Below are positions 17,329-27,273 of a stretch of DNA of 64,000 bases, piece by piece (position 1 is the stretch's first letter; each line of letters starts with the position of its first letter). The DNA lies in IMG/VR virus record IMGVR_UViG_3300020438_004021, positions 32,001 through 96,000 of that record. One strand, given 5' to 3'. The stretch comes from a virus. Both the position numbers and the translations under genes were made by a program. Below the pieces are notes generated by a model. It saw only the letters and a program-made list of their open reading frames with translations, ran no database searches and was not told where the DNA came from.

Positions 17329-17850
17329 ATGGACATGTACAATTTATCTTTCCCTCGTGACTTTGGTATCGGATTTGATGATGTATTCACTAGGATGCAT
17401 CGTCTAATGTCATCTGAGGAAAATAACAACAACGTTACAAAATTTCCACCATACAACATCATCAACGAATCTGATACCGAAAGTATCGTTGAGATGGCTG
17501 TTGCCGGGTTCTCATCTGATGAACTCGACATTACGGTAGAAAATAATGTGCTCAAAATTGTCGGTAAGAGAGATGTTAAGCTGGATGATGCAAAGTACCA
17601 GCATAAGGGCATCGCATACCGCAATTTTGAGCGTAATTTTGCTTTAAGTGATTATATTGAGGTCAATGGAGCCAGTTGTGCCGAGGGAATTCTTAGAGTC
17701 TACCTAGAAAAGGTAGTCCCAGAGGATATGAAGCCCCGTAAGATTAACATTGTTAATGATAGACAACTACTGGTAGAGGACCAAAAACATCAGAACGTGC
17801 CCTATGATAATCAGGGTTCAATTGATGTTCCTTACGACCCCAGTAAATAA
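17329..17850 (+). CDS. hsp20: Small heat shock protein (Hsp20/IbpA-like)
   Basis: FPPYNII, EMAVAGF, HKGIAYRNFERNF, GILRVYL...PRKINI; TATAAATA at 17253 upstream. Confidence 0.93.
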   Translation: MDMYNLSFPRDFGIGFDDVFTRMHRLMSSEENNNNVTKFPPYNIINESDTESIVEMAVAGFSSDELDITVENNVLKIVGKRDVKLDDAKYQHKGIAYRNFERNFALSDYIEVNGASCAEGILRVYLEKVVPEDMKPRKINIVNDRQLLVEDQKHQNVPYDNQGSIDVPYDPSK

Positions 17851-18303
17851 TCGACTTAATCTCTTCCTTTAAAAAGTAACACCCAGTATGCTCTTAATAA
17901 GGCTGCTGGGTGTTGCTGTATTTGCTACCAGACTGCCAATTGATTCAACGGCTGCTCGTAGGCCCGTTATTATTTTAATGGAAGAAAAAAAAAGAAAAAA
18001 GAAAACAGACGGTCTATACACACCTTTGGAGTATGGATGTATATCTGTGTGTCTCCAAAAAGAAAATAGGGGGGGGGATATTTCGGACAAAATAGGTATA
18101 TGGTCGGGGAAAGGGGGGAAGGTAACCGTTTTTATTGTGCAAACACCCTTCCCGATATCAGGAAGGGCATATATGGGGGGGGATATCGCGGCTGAGAAAT
18201 ATATATGGTCGGGAAAAAGGGGGAGAGGGGACTCTCTTATAAATACTGTGTACGTTTTTTTTTATGAAATGTGTTCTTTTTTACAAGTAGAGGATAATAA
18301 ACT

Positions 18304-18630
18304 ATGGTTGACATTCAAAAACAGCTTTACATGAACAACATTAGGGGTGCCAACAATAATGCCCAACCTGTTGACGGTGAGAAGACACCTCCACCACCAC
18401 CAGAGGTAGTACCCGTTGCTACACCACCCGAAGCATCTACAGATGGTAGCATCCCTCCCGCAGGTGATGTAACTACTGCAGATGGCAATATAGTACAGGA
18501 CGTTACGCAAGGCACAGATGACCCTGCTCCACAGAGTCCTTTCTTGGATGCTGTGATGAGAGAGCTGTCTAAGCACTCAGGTTTGGACACTACTCCAATT
18601 GTTGAGCCACCTGCTTCAGAAACTGACTGA
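18304..18630 (+). CDS. Pro/acidic low-complexity hypothetical protein
   Basis: GAGG SD; TATAAATA at 18238-18245 upstream. Confidence 0.65.
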   Translation: MVDIQKQLYMNNIRGANNNAQPVDGEKTPPPPPEVVPVATPPEASTDGSIPPAGDVTTADGNIVQDVTQGTDDPAPQSPFLDAVMRELSKHSGLDTTPIVEPPASETD

Positions 18631-18710
18631 ATTTATAAATACTGTAGACCAAATAAAGGTATATAATACGAAAATGAACGCAAATCATTCGAACGATAAT
18701 GCAAATAATA

Positions 18711-18877
18711 GAAAAGACGGTGCAGTTCCTGCCTCACATTTCAGGACTGCACCGTCTTTTCGTATGAATTTTTCTTACGGTCCGAGCAAGATAGGCAGTG
18801 CGCCAGTCGTTATGCCATTCATGCAAGGTGGGGGTGTATCAGACCTCCACTAAGGAACTTCGCTACCTTTGGACCGT
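18711..18877 (+). ncRNA. Candidate structured non-coding RNA(s)
   Basis: 20-bp hairpin 18711-18761; multi-stem domain closed by ACGGTCCGA/TTGGACCGT (18777-18877); TATAAATA at 18634. Confidence 0.4.
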
Positions 18878-18887
18878 CATTCATAGT

Positions 18888-18926
18888 AGGCAACCCTCTG
18901 AGTATTTCAGGGGGTTGTCTTTTTTT
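18888..18926 (+). terminator. Intrinsic terminator
   Basis: AGGCAACCCTCTGA-GTATT-TCAGGGGGTTGTCT followed by T-run. Confidence 0.8.
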
Positions 18927-19001
18927 ATATATAAGAGGTAGCACTGTCCGTGTATATGGATATTTTTCCGAAAAATTCGGCCTCAGAGCGAAAGAGAGAC
19001 G

Positions 19002-19799
19002 ATGAAATCATTTAAACAATACATCAAAGAAGAACCGATGGGTATGAAAGGACTATTCGAAACACCTACCGGTGACGTGCTAATCGCAGAAGAACTGCAA
19101 ACGAAAGAAATCGACCCCAAGGAATTCCCAAAATCAATGAATTCTAGACTAGCAGCAATATATGCTAGAAAAGGTGAGATGGATGGGAAGCACTCAGACG
19201 ATGTGGTGAAGACCAAAAAAGCAACTTGGGCGGCTAGAAAGTTAAAACCCTCACAGTCTGCTATCTACCTCGGCAAAGCACTGGGTATGGCAGTCGGTGG
19301 TGTGAAGGGTGGGGACTTGGGTTCGATCGTTTCTAGCGATAACCACATCCTCGACGGACATCACAGATGGGCAGCCACAATGCTCTCAGAACCCACCGCG
19401 AAAATAATGGGCATATCAGCAGATTTAGGAATTGGTGACCTAGTTCCCGTATTGCGTTCCCTAGGAGATGCTTACGGTAATCAGAGAAGAGGTGAACCAA
19501 CTGGTGGTGATGTCAACATCTACAGGGCAAAAATGAAAGATGCTATGGATGCCCTAATGAACGGCACTAATATGAACCCCAAATTCTACGATAGAGAGAA
19601 ATCCATCGCTTGGTTAGAGTCAATTGGTGGTGAAGAAGAACTAGCAAACAGACTATCCGCACTACAGGATAGGACCCCACCCAGAGGTGCACCACCTAGA
19701 ATAGAGATGCCCGTCATTGATGCAGATAAAGGTCAAGAGAAAAAAGCGGCTAATGCATTGAAGCAAGGGCAACTAGATGTTAGAGCACCTTACGCATGA
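19002..19799 (+). CDS. ParB/Srx-like domain protein with capsid-targeting-like N-terminus
   Basis: MKSFKQYIKEE; LKPSQ...IVSSDNHILDGHHRWAA. Confidence 0.75.
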   Translation: MKSFKQYIKEEPMGMKGLFETPTGDVLIAEELQTKEIDPKEFPKSMNSRLAAIYARKGEMDGKHSDDVVKTKKATWAARKLKPSQSAIYLGKALGMAVGGVKGGDLGSIVSSDNHILDGHHRWAATMLSEPTAKIMGISADLGIGDLVPVLRSLGDAYGNQRRGEPTGGDVNIYRAKMKDAMDALMNGTNMNPKFYDREKSIAWLESIGGEEELANRLSALQDRTPPRGAPPRIEMPVIDADKGQEKKAANALKQGQLDVRAPYA

Positions 19800-20506
19800 A
19801 AACATTCTCCCAATACATTTCGTTCATTTCAGAAGACAGCAATTTCAATATAGCTGTCGATGAGATAAAATATGGGTCTCCTACTGAAGAACAGAGAGAG
19901 AGGATGAATAGACCTCTGAATTATTTCTCTTCCGACGTTTTAGACTTGATAACTATGGGTGGTCCACCCAGCAATAGTAGCGATCTTACCCAGAAAGAGA
20001 TATTTTATCTTCTGAAACTGATTGATAATAGGACCGAGGAGGATGCTGAGAAGTTTAATAAATATGATGAACACTTCTCCCCCTACTTCATCAATTATGC
20101 CAAGGATAACGACTTGGAATTCGATGAAGAAGAGATTAGAGACATAAGAAGAGAGGCTGCCAACGTTATGCTCATTTCTAAGTTCCATTTCAACAGACCC
20201 AGACCACACCAGTTGGGTGTAGTGCTAGGAACAGAGATTAGAAGCATGAATACGGAGTCTGGACACACACCAGCATACCCGAGTGGACATGCAGCCCAAT
20301 CCAGACTCATTGCATTGGTGTTATCAGACAAAAACCCTGACCACCAAGAGCAGTTAATGAAACTAGCAGATGATATAGCACTATCTAGGGAACTAGGTGG
20401 TGTACACTACCCCTCGGACAATGACTTCGGCAAGAAGGTCGGAGACATGTTATATAGCAACCTGATGAGAGAAGAATATCCAATGTCTATGGATGGAGAC
20501 GACTAA
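19796..20506 (+). CDS. PAP2-family acid phosphatase with capsid-targeting-like N-terminus
   Basis: KFHFNRPRP, PAYPSGHA, SRELGGVHYPSD; starts MKTFSQYISFISE. Confidence 0.85.
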   Translation: MKTFSQYISFISEDSNFNIAVDEIKYGSPTEEQRERMNRPLNYFSSDVLDLITMGGPPSNSSDLTQKEIFYLLKLIDNRTEEDAEKFNKYDEHFSPYFINYAKDNDLEFDEEEIRDIRREAANVMLISKFHFNRPRPHQLGVVLGTEIRSMNTESGHTPAYPSGHAAQSRLIALVLSDKNPDHQEQLMKLADDIALSRELGGVHYPSDNDFGKKVGDMLYSNLMREEYPMSMDGDD

Positions 20507-23500
20507 TGAATAAATTTAAACGTTTGATACTAGAGAGCAAACCCACTTTGAACTCTAGTGCTGATAGTGGTTCCGCCGCAATATTGACTCCAACCACCGT
20601 CAGTTCCGGCAAAATCGCTTTCTACCCCAATCCAGTCGGTATATGGAATTCCCTCCTAACCAGAGACATCAGAGGTATAGTTAAACCTGCATCTAAGAAA
20701 GATGCAGTTAGGAACCTTAAGTCTCTAATCGGTCAGGCTAGAGCAGAAGAACTATATAAAGACTTCGAAGATTACACCAGTCTACTTTTCAATAAGAGAG
20801 AAGCAGGTCTCGCTGCGACGATATATGATGCAGAGGCTACCTTAGAGAAAAGCAAAAATACTAAACCTTTCACCGAGTTTGAGTTGACCGGTGACATCTT
20901 ACTTTCTATGCTGCACGGTACTGATATTGGATTCAGATCAGATGACGATGGTGATGAGGGAGAAGATGAGAAAGAAGAAGATAAGCCCTACACACAGGAC
21001 CCAAAAGATCCTCTCCGATTTACTGATCCCGCTGGAAACGACTACTACGATTTAGATGGAGACGGTGTTCCAGATATGATTTGGAACGGGACAGAATGGG
21101 TTCCTCTACCAGATGGTGGTGGTTTTTGGGATGAAGACCCATCAGACGAAGGTGAAGACGAGGATGAAGACCCATCAGACGAAGGTGAAGACGAGGATGA
21201 AGACGAGGACGAGGATGAAGAAGATGAGGATGAGGATGAAGAAGATAAAGAAGAGCGGAAAGACGTATGGCCCGAAGAATGGCCTGGTGGTTGGGATAAC
21301 GTGCCCGATGATTTGAAACCAATCCTAATCAAACCATATATGGACGATGATGGCAAATTCACTGACCCAGAAAATCCACCTCCGATTCTAGAAGATGACG
21401 ATACGCAGGATGTACCTGGAAGTGGAACTCCAATTTGGAATCCAGAACTGAAAGAATGGGGGTGGTACGAAGTACCACCGGGTAAATGGTTTCCGTGTGA
21501 ACCCGAGGACTTCGGTCTTAATCCAGACCACCCATACCACCCAGACTACGATGATACTAGGGCAGCATCAGGACAGGGTGATGACAACCTTCCCGACGAC
21601 CTTCCGGACTTCCCCGAAGAGGATATGTATCAGAATATTCAGGATGATGGAACCTGGACTTCCGGTGGTTATACCTGGCAGGTAGGAGAAAATGGCGAAT
21701 TGATGGTTCTAATCGATGGTAGATGGATAGTCAGAGCAGATAAACTAGACACTGACCCTGATGAAGAAGGTGATGATGTTCCACCTTTAGATGACAATTT
21801 AATTCATCCCGGTTATTTTGACCAAATTATTCCAGGTGCTGGTGAACCCGGTTATTATAGTGATTCCACTCCTGATGACATTGCTGATATTCTATATCAT
21901 ATCATCGACAAGTATAATAAAGAGCAGCAACAACACTATCCGGATATTCACCAAAGGATACCAGGCGAGAACGAGCAGAAGCCTGCTTGGTTGGAAGACC
22001 CAATCCAACACCCTAATTATCAAAAACCAGGACGTCGTCCTGGTCGTATGAGAAAACCAGACTTCCAGATGGGGGGAGCGAAGAATATAGGTTTAGACGG
22101 CATTATAAAGATGTTGCCGAATATGGACCCACCACTAGCAAGGATGGTCAGGAATATACTTTCTGCGATGGAACAAATGGGACAGATGCGTGATGGAGAC
22201 ACTACAGGGGATAAACCAAAGCCTTGTGCTTTCCCTCCTTGTGCGGGAGACCCTCAACGTCCCGGAGACGACCCTAAAGACCAGATAGATTACACCGACG
22301 ATTTTCCTATTGATGATGACGACGACGGGGATGACGACGACGGGGATGATGAAGGAGAGACTGTAGGAGATGAACCAATACCATGTGCTTTCCCTCCTTG
22401 TGAGACTCGTCCTGAGGATGACCCGACAGACCAGATAGACAGTGAAGATGATTTCCCTATCGATGACGATGATGACGATGATGACGATGATGATGATGGT
22501 TTAAACGACTACTCAGGTCCGGCATCTATCTCTAATATACCATCATATGTCAAACCTAAACTGCCTAATCTGCAATGGAATAACTTCACAGATGATAACG
22601 GTGAGGTTGAAGACCCATATTTATGGCAAAGACCGGTGGGTGTCAGTGGAGGCTCCGTTAATTCTCCTGCCTTAGATTATTATAGCCCCTTCATTGATAA
22701 GATGGGATGGGTCAACGAATCTTTCAATAGAAGACTGAATGAGAGAGTAAGCAGAGAAGATATGGACCACGGAAAGTCTTCTAAACTTGCTAAGGGTTGG
22801 GTGCATCCTTCAGGCAAGATATATGTTTGGAAAAATTTGAAACCATATCATGTACAATATATTGCCACCAAACCTGGTAAATTTGGACTCAAAGAAGACG
22901 ATATTTATAACCATTTGCTACAAAGATACACAGAGTATGGTGTCAACCAACCTCAAAATAGTGCTATGTCAGATGTCGAAAAATTAAAAGATGGAACCGT
23001 TGACATCGATAGAAAAGTAGAGTTAATGGCGATTAAAAAGGGCTGGTGCAGATTTGTACTCGACGACGGTTGGGGAAGCCTTAGGGGTATGAAGAACAAA
23101 GATATGCATAAATGTGCCAAGATCCTGTTTAGCAAGATGGAAAGTAAGTTTACCAGAAGTTTCGGACTAGAGTTAAACAAGATAGATTCCAAGCTTGGAG
23201 ATTATGACTATAGAAAACATACAACTCTTGGTTTTGATATGTTCAGGGAATGGATAGGTGGAAGACAACCAGACCCTGCAAGTGTTAAAGTTAGAAAGCA
23301 TACCGAGATAGGCAAAACTATGAAGATGTTTAGAGGTCATGACTATGATGAACCAGTTAAAATATACAGCGATTGGCAACCACCTTCGTTCAAAGATTGG
23401 TTGAAAGAATCCGTGGAAATGGAAGACGGAAAGTATATTACTGTGAAGCAATTTAACTCTGAGGATGCAGCTATGGCATCTATAGAGAATGCAGAAGGTC

Positions 23501-24180
23501 TTATTGACCACATGAAGATTATGGATTCTGTGTATGCTATGGTGTTCGATAATGAAGACCACAAAGAGAAGTTCGTGAAAGATTATGAATTTAATCTTAT
23601 GGGGGAATCAACCATATATGATTCCAACTCAATTAGTGAGAAGAGCAGTAGAGCAGAAATAGAGGGTGCTATGGAATGGTGGCATGGTGAAATCCTTGCT
23701 TCCAGTAAGAGAGAAAGAGCAGCCATGGGATATAGTAGACCCGAGAACATCAGGGAACTGATTAGAAGACCTATTCCTATGCTCAAATATCATATCAAGA
23801 TGTATAATGCTTACCTAGACGAATATGGTCCTTTCGATGAAGTCCCGTCCAGACTAGAAGAGGGATGTGGGTGTGGTTGTGAAGAATGCAAAGGTTCTGA
23901 ATTAGAAGAGGCAGAGTACAAAGGCAAAAAGGTCACATTAAATAAACCTTTTAGAACACCAGGCGAATCTAAGAAATTCGCAGTTTATGCCAAGAATGAA
24001 AAAGGAACTGTTGTTATTGTGAGGTTCGGGGACCCTAATATGGAGATAAAAAGGGATGACCCAAAAAGGTTAAAGGCATACCGATCTAGAATGGGGTGCG
24101 ATACCGATCCGGGACCTAAATGGAAAGCAAACTATTGGTCTTGCTATCAATGGAGAGCAGGAGCAAAGGTAGACGATTGA
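20506..24180 (+). CDS. Large acidic, modular putative internal head protein (1224 aa)
   Basis: MNKFKRLILE; Asp/Glu/Pro-rich middle; C-terminal module EAEYKGKKVTLNKPFR...RFGDPNMEIKRDDP...YWSC seen in T4-like phages. Confidence 0.75.
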   Translation: MNKFKRLILESKPTLNSSADSGSAAILTPTTVSSGKIAFYPNPVGIWNSLLTRDIRGIVKPASKKDAVRNLKSLIGQARAEELYKDFEDYTSLLFNKREAGLAATIYDAEATLEKSKNTKPFTEFELTGDILLSMLHGTDIGFRSDDDGDEGEDEKEEDKPYTQDPKDPLRFTDPAGNDYYDLDGDGVPDMIWNGTEWVPLPDGGGFWDEDPSDEGEDEDEDPSDEGEDEDEDEDEDEEDEDEDEEDKEERKDVWPEEWPGGWDNVPDDLKPILIKPYMDDDGKFTDPENPPPILEDDDTQDVPGSGTPIWNPELKEWGWYEVPPGKWFPCEPEDFGLNPDHPYHPDYDDTRAASGQGDDNLPDDLPDFPEEDMYQNIQDDGTWTSGGYTWQVGENGELMVLIDGRWIVRADKLDTDPDEEGDDVPPLDDNLIHPGYFDQIIPGAGEPGYYSDSTPDDIADILYHIIDKYNKEQQQHYPDIHQRIPGENEQKPAWLEDPIQHPNYQKPGRRPGRMRKPDFQMGGAKNIGLDGIIKMLPNMDPPLARMVRNILSAMEQMGQMRDGDTTGDKPKPCAFPPCAGDPQRPGDDPKDQIDYTDDFPIDDDDDGDDDDGDDEGETVGDEPIPCAFPPCETRPEDDPTDQIDSEDDFPIDDDDDDDDDDDDGLNDYSGPASISNIPSYVKPKLPNLQWNNFTDDNGEVEDPYLWQRPVGVSGGSVNSPALDYYSPFIDKMGWVNESFNRRLNERVSREDMDHGKSSKLAKGWVHPSGKIYVWKNLKPYHVQYIATKPGKFGLKEDDIYNHLLQRYTEYGVNQPQNSAMSDVEKLKDGTVDIDRKVELMAIKKGWCRFVLDDGWGSLRGMKNKDMHKCAKILFSKMESKFTRSFGLELNKIDSKLGDYDYRKHTTLGFDMFREWIGGRQPDPASVKVRKHTEIGKTMKMFRGHDYDEPVKIYSDWQPPSFKDWLKESVEMEDGKYITVKQFNSEDAAMASIENAEGLIDHMKIMDSVYAMVFDNEDHKEKFVKDYEFNLMGESTIYDSNSISEKSSRAEIEGAMEWWHGEILASSKRERAAMGYSRPENIRELIRRPIPMLKYHIKMYNAYLDEYGPFDEVPSRLEEGCGCGCEECKGSELEEAEYKGKKVTLNKPFRTPGESKKFAVYAKNEKGTVVIVRFGDPNMEIKRDDPKRLKAYRSRMGCDTDPGPKWKANYWSCYQWRAGAKVDD
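21130..21195 (+). repeat. 33-bp tandem duplication (DEDPSDEGEDE x2) followed by a GAY/GAR run
   Basis: GATGAAGACCCATCAGACGAAGGTGAAGACGAG occurs twice back to back. Confidence 0.9.
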
Positions 24181-24226
24181 GGCAGAAATGAAATCTAAAA
24201 AAAATAAATAATCTGGAGATAATAAT

Positions 24227-25594
24227 ATGAAATCATTTAAACAGTTTACTTGCCTGACGGAGGCGACTAAGGACGAGAAATCTTTTGTCTCCTATTTGAG
24301 AACTAATGTATTCAATAACGATAAAAAATTCGTGGCAAGAAGCAGAAATGGTTATCATGTTAGATTTCCCATAGACGGCAGTGATAGTAAAATCGCCTCG
24401 TTCTGGAAGAAACACGGCATCCTATGCGTACACGATCCAGAGATGGATATAAGCGGTTCATTCAAAGAATATCTCCTAACTGCCACGGACAAAATGCCCG
24501 GTTCTGATGGAAGTTTGACTGGTAAGACACTATGGTATGTCAACAACAGCAGAAAGGCTGCCAGCGGTGGAGAATTGATATTCGGTAATAAAGAGCTGAC
24601 ACCCGACAAAGTTGGTCTTGATGGAAAGACATTGGCATTGAGAGGAATCAAGACAACAATTAAGAAATTTACTGATGGTCTTGACAAAAGGATAGGCAAC
24701 TATCTGTTCTCACTGGTAGACCTAGCAGGTAAGACCAGAGGAGAAGAGTCTAAAATCGATTTCGACATTGGTTTAAAACCAGCAGATCTGAAGGTAGTAT
24801 CTAAAGACTTCGGTGAAACCATAGCAGCAGCCTGGGCACTCAAGTCCAATATAGTAGATGCTAGCAAGATTTACTTCCCAGCAGCGGGCAACGAACCATT
24901 AGTCGACTTTTATGCAGTACCTAAGGGCGGTGGGATGGTGGGTTATTCTGTCAAGTCTGGTGCTGGTGCTGGAACTAGCATTAAGAACATTGCGGAAGAC
25001 TTGGAAAGTAAGGCAGCAGACCCTAAATGGATGAAGTCCTTCAGCAGCACTGAGCAGAGTGTAATTAGACTTGTGGGTCACCTACACAAGACTTCTGCTA
25101 CCCAAGGTGTCATTGATGCAAATATCGCTATGGGGACACCAGGCATCAAAGCACTAGCAGATGCTATGGGTGTAAGAAGACCTCAAAGGAAATCCTTGGG
25201 TGCAATCACTCCAGACCAGATAAATCTCTGGTTACAATCTATTGGTACACTAGAAAAAAGATACGAGGCTGCTAAGAAGCTTTATAAAATCTTCGGCAGT
25301 GAGACCACTTGGGCGATTTGGAAAAGGATAGGCAGGTCTAACTCTCAGGCAGCAGCGATTATTAATCCCCTAGGGTATCATGTTGTCTCACACCTTAATA
25401 AGGCAGGTCAAGACACGCTGAACAAGGCTGTTAAGAAGTTGCAAGTCCTTCAGCTAGATGTAAATGTAACCAGCACCAAACTTACATTCGGTGTTAAGTC
25501 CTTCAAAGATATGGATTTTGAATTCGAATATCACTCTTCAATAAGTGGTGGTACTAGTGTAAGTAACAAACTAGGATTTAAGAAGAAAAGATAA
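24227..25594 (+). CDS. Putative PD-(D/E)xK-like nuclease with capsid-targeting-like N-terminus
   Basis: MKSFKQFTCLTEA; KDFGE...FPAAGNEPLVDF...YSVKSG. Confidence 0.55.
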   Translation: MKSFKQFTCLTEATKDEKSFVSYLRTNVFNNDKKFVARSRNGYHVRFPIDGSDSKIASFWKKHGILCVHDPEMDISGSFKEYLLTATDKMPGSDGSLTGKTLWYVNNSRKAASGGELIFGNKELTPDKVGLDGKTLALRGIKTTIKKFTDGLDKRIGNYLFSLVDLAGKTRGEESKIDFDIGLKPADLKVVSKDFGETIAAAWALKSNIVDASKIYFPAAGNEPLVDFYAVPKGGGMVGYSVKSGAGAGTSIKNIAEDLESKAADPKWMKSFSSTEQSVIRLVGHLHKTSATQGVIDANIAMGTPGIKALADAMGVRRPQRKSLGAITPDQINLWLQSIGTLEKRYEAAKKLYKIFGSETTWAIWKRIGRSNSQAAAIINPLGYHVVSHLNKAGQDTLNKAVKKLQVLQLDVNVTSTKLTFGVKSFKDMDFEFEYHSSISGGTSVSNKLGFKKKR

Positions 25595-26100
25595 TGAAAT
25601 CATTCGAGCAGTACATAGCAGAAGCAAAGAGGTGGACACTTGATAAACTTCAAGTCGGTGATATAGTTACCTATAAAGATGGTTCGCAAGCAGAGGTGAT
25701 GACCCATGAGACCAGTAAGAATAATTCTAACTATTTCGACATTCGTATGAAGGACATAAAGACAGGATACGAATTCGCACATCAAAATAAAAAGCCGGGA
25801 AGAACTACTGGAAGTTCAACAATAACCAAAGTGGTTCGCAATGGTGAAGTATCATCCAGATTAGAAGAGGCAAGAAGATTTACACCATCTGGTACATTCC
25901 AATTTCCTAGTGCAAACCAGGCAAAAGATTTCATGAGTGATATTTCAAGAGAAGGAAGAGGGAATATCCAAACTCAGCACAGATTTGAACAAGGTTACGG
26001 CAGGAAGAATATAATCGATGTAAAATGGTCAGGCACTATGGATAGAGTAGTATATGACGTTCTTAGAAAATATAATGGTCGTGCATGGACTCAAGGGTAG
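25594..26100 (+). CDS. Putative internal head protein, two modules
   Basis: MKSFEQYIAEA closely matches T4 IPII/IPIII MKTYQEFIAE; internal RLEEA. Confidence 0.7.
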   Translation: MKSFEQYIAEAKRWTLDKLQVGDIVTYKDGSQAEVMTHETSKNNSNYFDIRMKDIKTGYEFAHQNKKPGRTTGSSTITKVVRNGEVSSRLEEARRFTPSGTFQFPSANQAKDFMSDISREGRGNIQTQHRFEQGYGRKNIIDVKWSGTMDRVVYDVLRKYNGRAWTQG

Positions 26101-26107
26101 GACCTTA

Positions 26108-27070
26108 ATGAAATCATTCAAGCAATTCATATCAGAGACATACAAAGACTCAGGCATTGGTAAATGGATGAGTCAATCAGCAGGTGGTTCACCTGGTTGG
26201 GATAGATATGGTCTAGACGGTAAGAAAATTGGTAAATGTGGTGATGCCAAAGAGGGTGAGGCATATGCTGCCTGCTTGTCTCCTGCCAAGGCTAAGAAGT
26301 TGGGCAAGAAGGGGATAGCATCTTTTGTGAGAAGAAAGAGGGATGCACAGAAGAAGTCAGGTGATTCTGCCAAAGGCGGAGAAGAGAAAAAAGGTCAGAG
26401 TCCGACATATGTAAAGACTGAAGACTGGTCCGAAAAATACAAAAGAAGCATAGACTGTAATAATCCGAAAGGTTTTTCTCAGAAAGCCCATTGTGCCGGT
26501 AGGAAAAAGAAGAAAAACAACGAAGCAGTCAAGACCAGAATCGATACTGATCTAGAAGTGTTGGTGGTGCAAAACAAAGATGGTGAACCTAATACCTACT
26601 CTTCAATGGAGGATGCCAAGAAGACTGCTAAGAAGATTCAGGGCAAAGTTATTAGAGGAGTGGACGGAGAGATTATGGTTCAGGTCTTAATAGACCCCAG
26701 CATCAGAAAGCATTTGGATGAGAACAGCAAAAATCCGGGCAAAGAATATTATGAGAGAATGGCAGATAAGTTGAGAAAGGCTGGATATGACCTGAGGAAG
26801 CCTATTAATAGAAAGAAGGCATGGGATGTCATAGGCAGTATGGCAGTAAGCAGACTAGCCGATAAGGGATATATTGATATCGAAGGTGGTGAGGGTAGGC
26901 AAAAGAGAGAATCTGTTTCTGAGTCTGAGAACGAACCAACAAATCCGTCTCTGTGGAAGAAAGCATTATCTAAGGCTAAATCTAAGTTCGATGTCTATCC
27001 TTCAGCATATGCTAGTGCTTGGGCATCCAAGTGGTATAAAGAACAAGGTGGAGGTTGGAGGAAGAAATGA
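26108..27070 (+). CDS. Modular putative internal head protein
   Basis: MKSFKQFISE; modules WSEKYKRSIDCNNPKGFSQKAHC and PTNPSLW...KFDVYPSAYA...GGGWR. Confidence 0.7.
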   Translation: MKSFKQFISETYKDSGIGKWMSQSAGGSPGWDRYGLDGKKIGKCGDAKEGEAYAACLSPAKAKKLGKKGIASFVRRKRDAQKKSGDSAKGGEEKKGQSPTYVKTEDWSEKYKRSIDCNNPKGFSQKAHCAGRKKKKNNEAVKTRIDTDLEVLVVQNKDGEPNTYSSMEDAKKTAKKIQGKVIRGVDGEIMVQVLIDPSIRKHLDENSKNPGKEYYERMADKLRKAGYDLRKPINRKKAWDVIGSMAVSRLADKGYIDIEGGEGRQKRESVSESENEPTNPSLWKKALSKAKSKFDVYPSAYASAWASKWYKEQGGGWRKK

Positions 27071-27273
27071 AATCATTTAGCGAGTACATATCGGAAAGAT
27101 TGAAGATTAACTACCGAAAAGGCAGGAAGTTGGTTGCTACAAAAGGGAGCAAAGAGGGGGAAACCGGCACTGTAGTGTCGATGGGTCCAAACGCTTCTTT
27201 TGTGAGCATAAAGTTAGATAAGAACGATCAGATAATCCAGCAGAATCCTAAATATTGGGAAGTTATGAAATGA
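27067..27273 (+). CDS. Small putative internal head protein (KOW/SH3-like)
   Basis: MKSFSEYISER; GSKEGETGTVV. Confidence 0.65.
   Translation: MKSFSEYISERLKINYRKGRKLVATKGSKEGETGTVVSMGPNASFVSIKLDKNDQIIQQNPKYWEVMK

Noticed and set aside
17888-18334. 148-aa ORF in the G-run tract
   Set aside because: No SD, translation driven by homopolymer runs, and it contains a late promoter and motif A
18777-18877. Y RNA because of GGTCCGA at the 5' end
   Set aside because: The partner strand TTGGACC pairs fully, so the bulged C needed for Ro binding is absent
21130-22500. GAT/GAC microsatellites as contingency loci
   Set aside because: In-frame triplets encoding poly-Asp/Glu; length change would not switch frame
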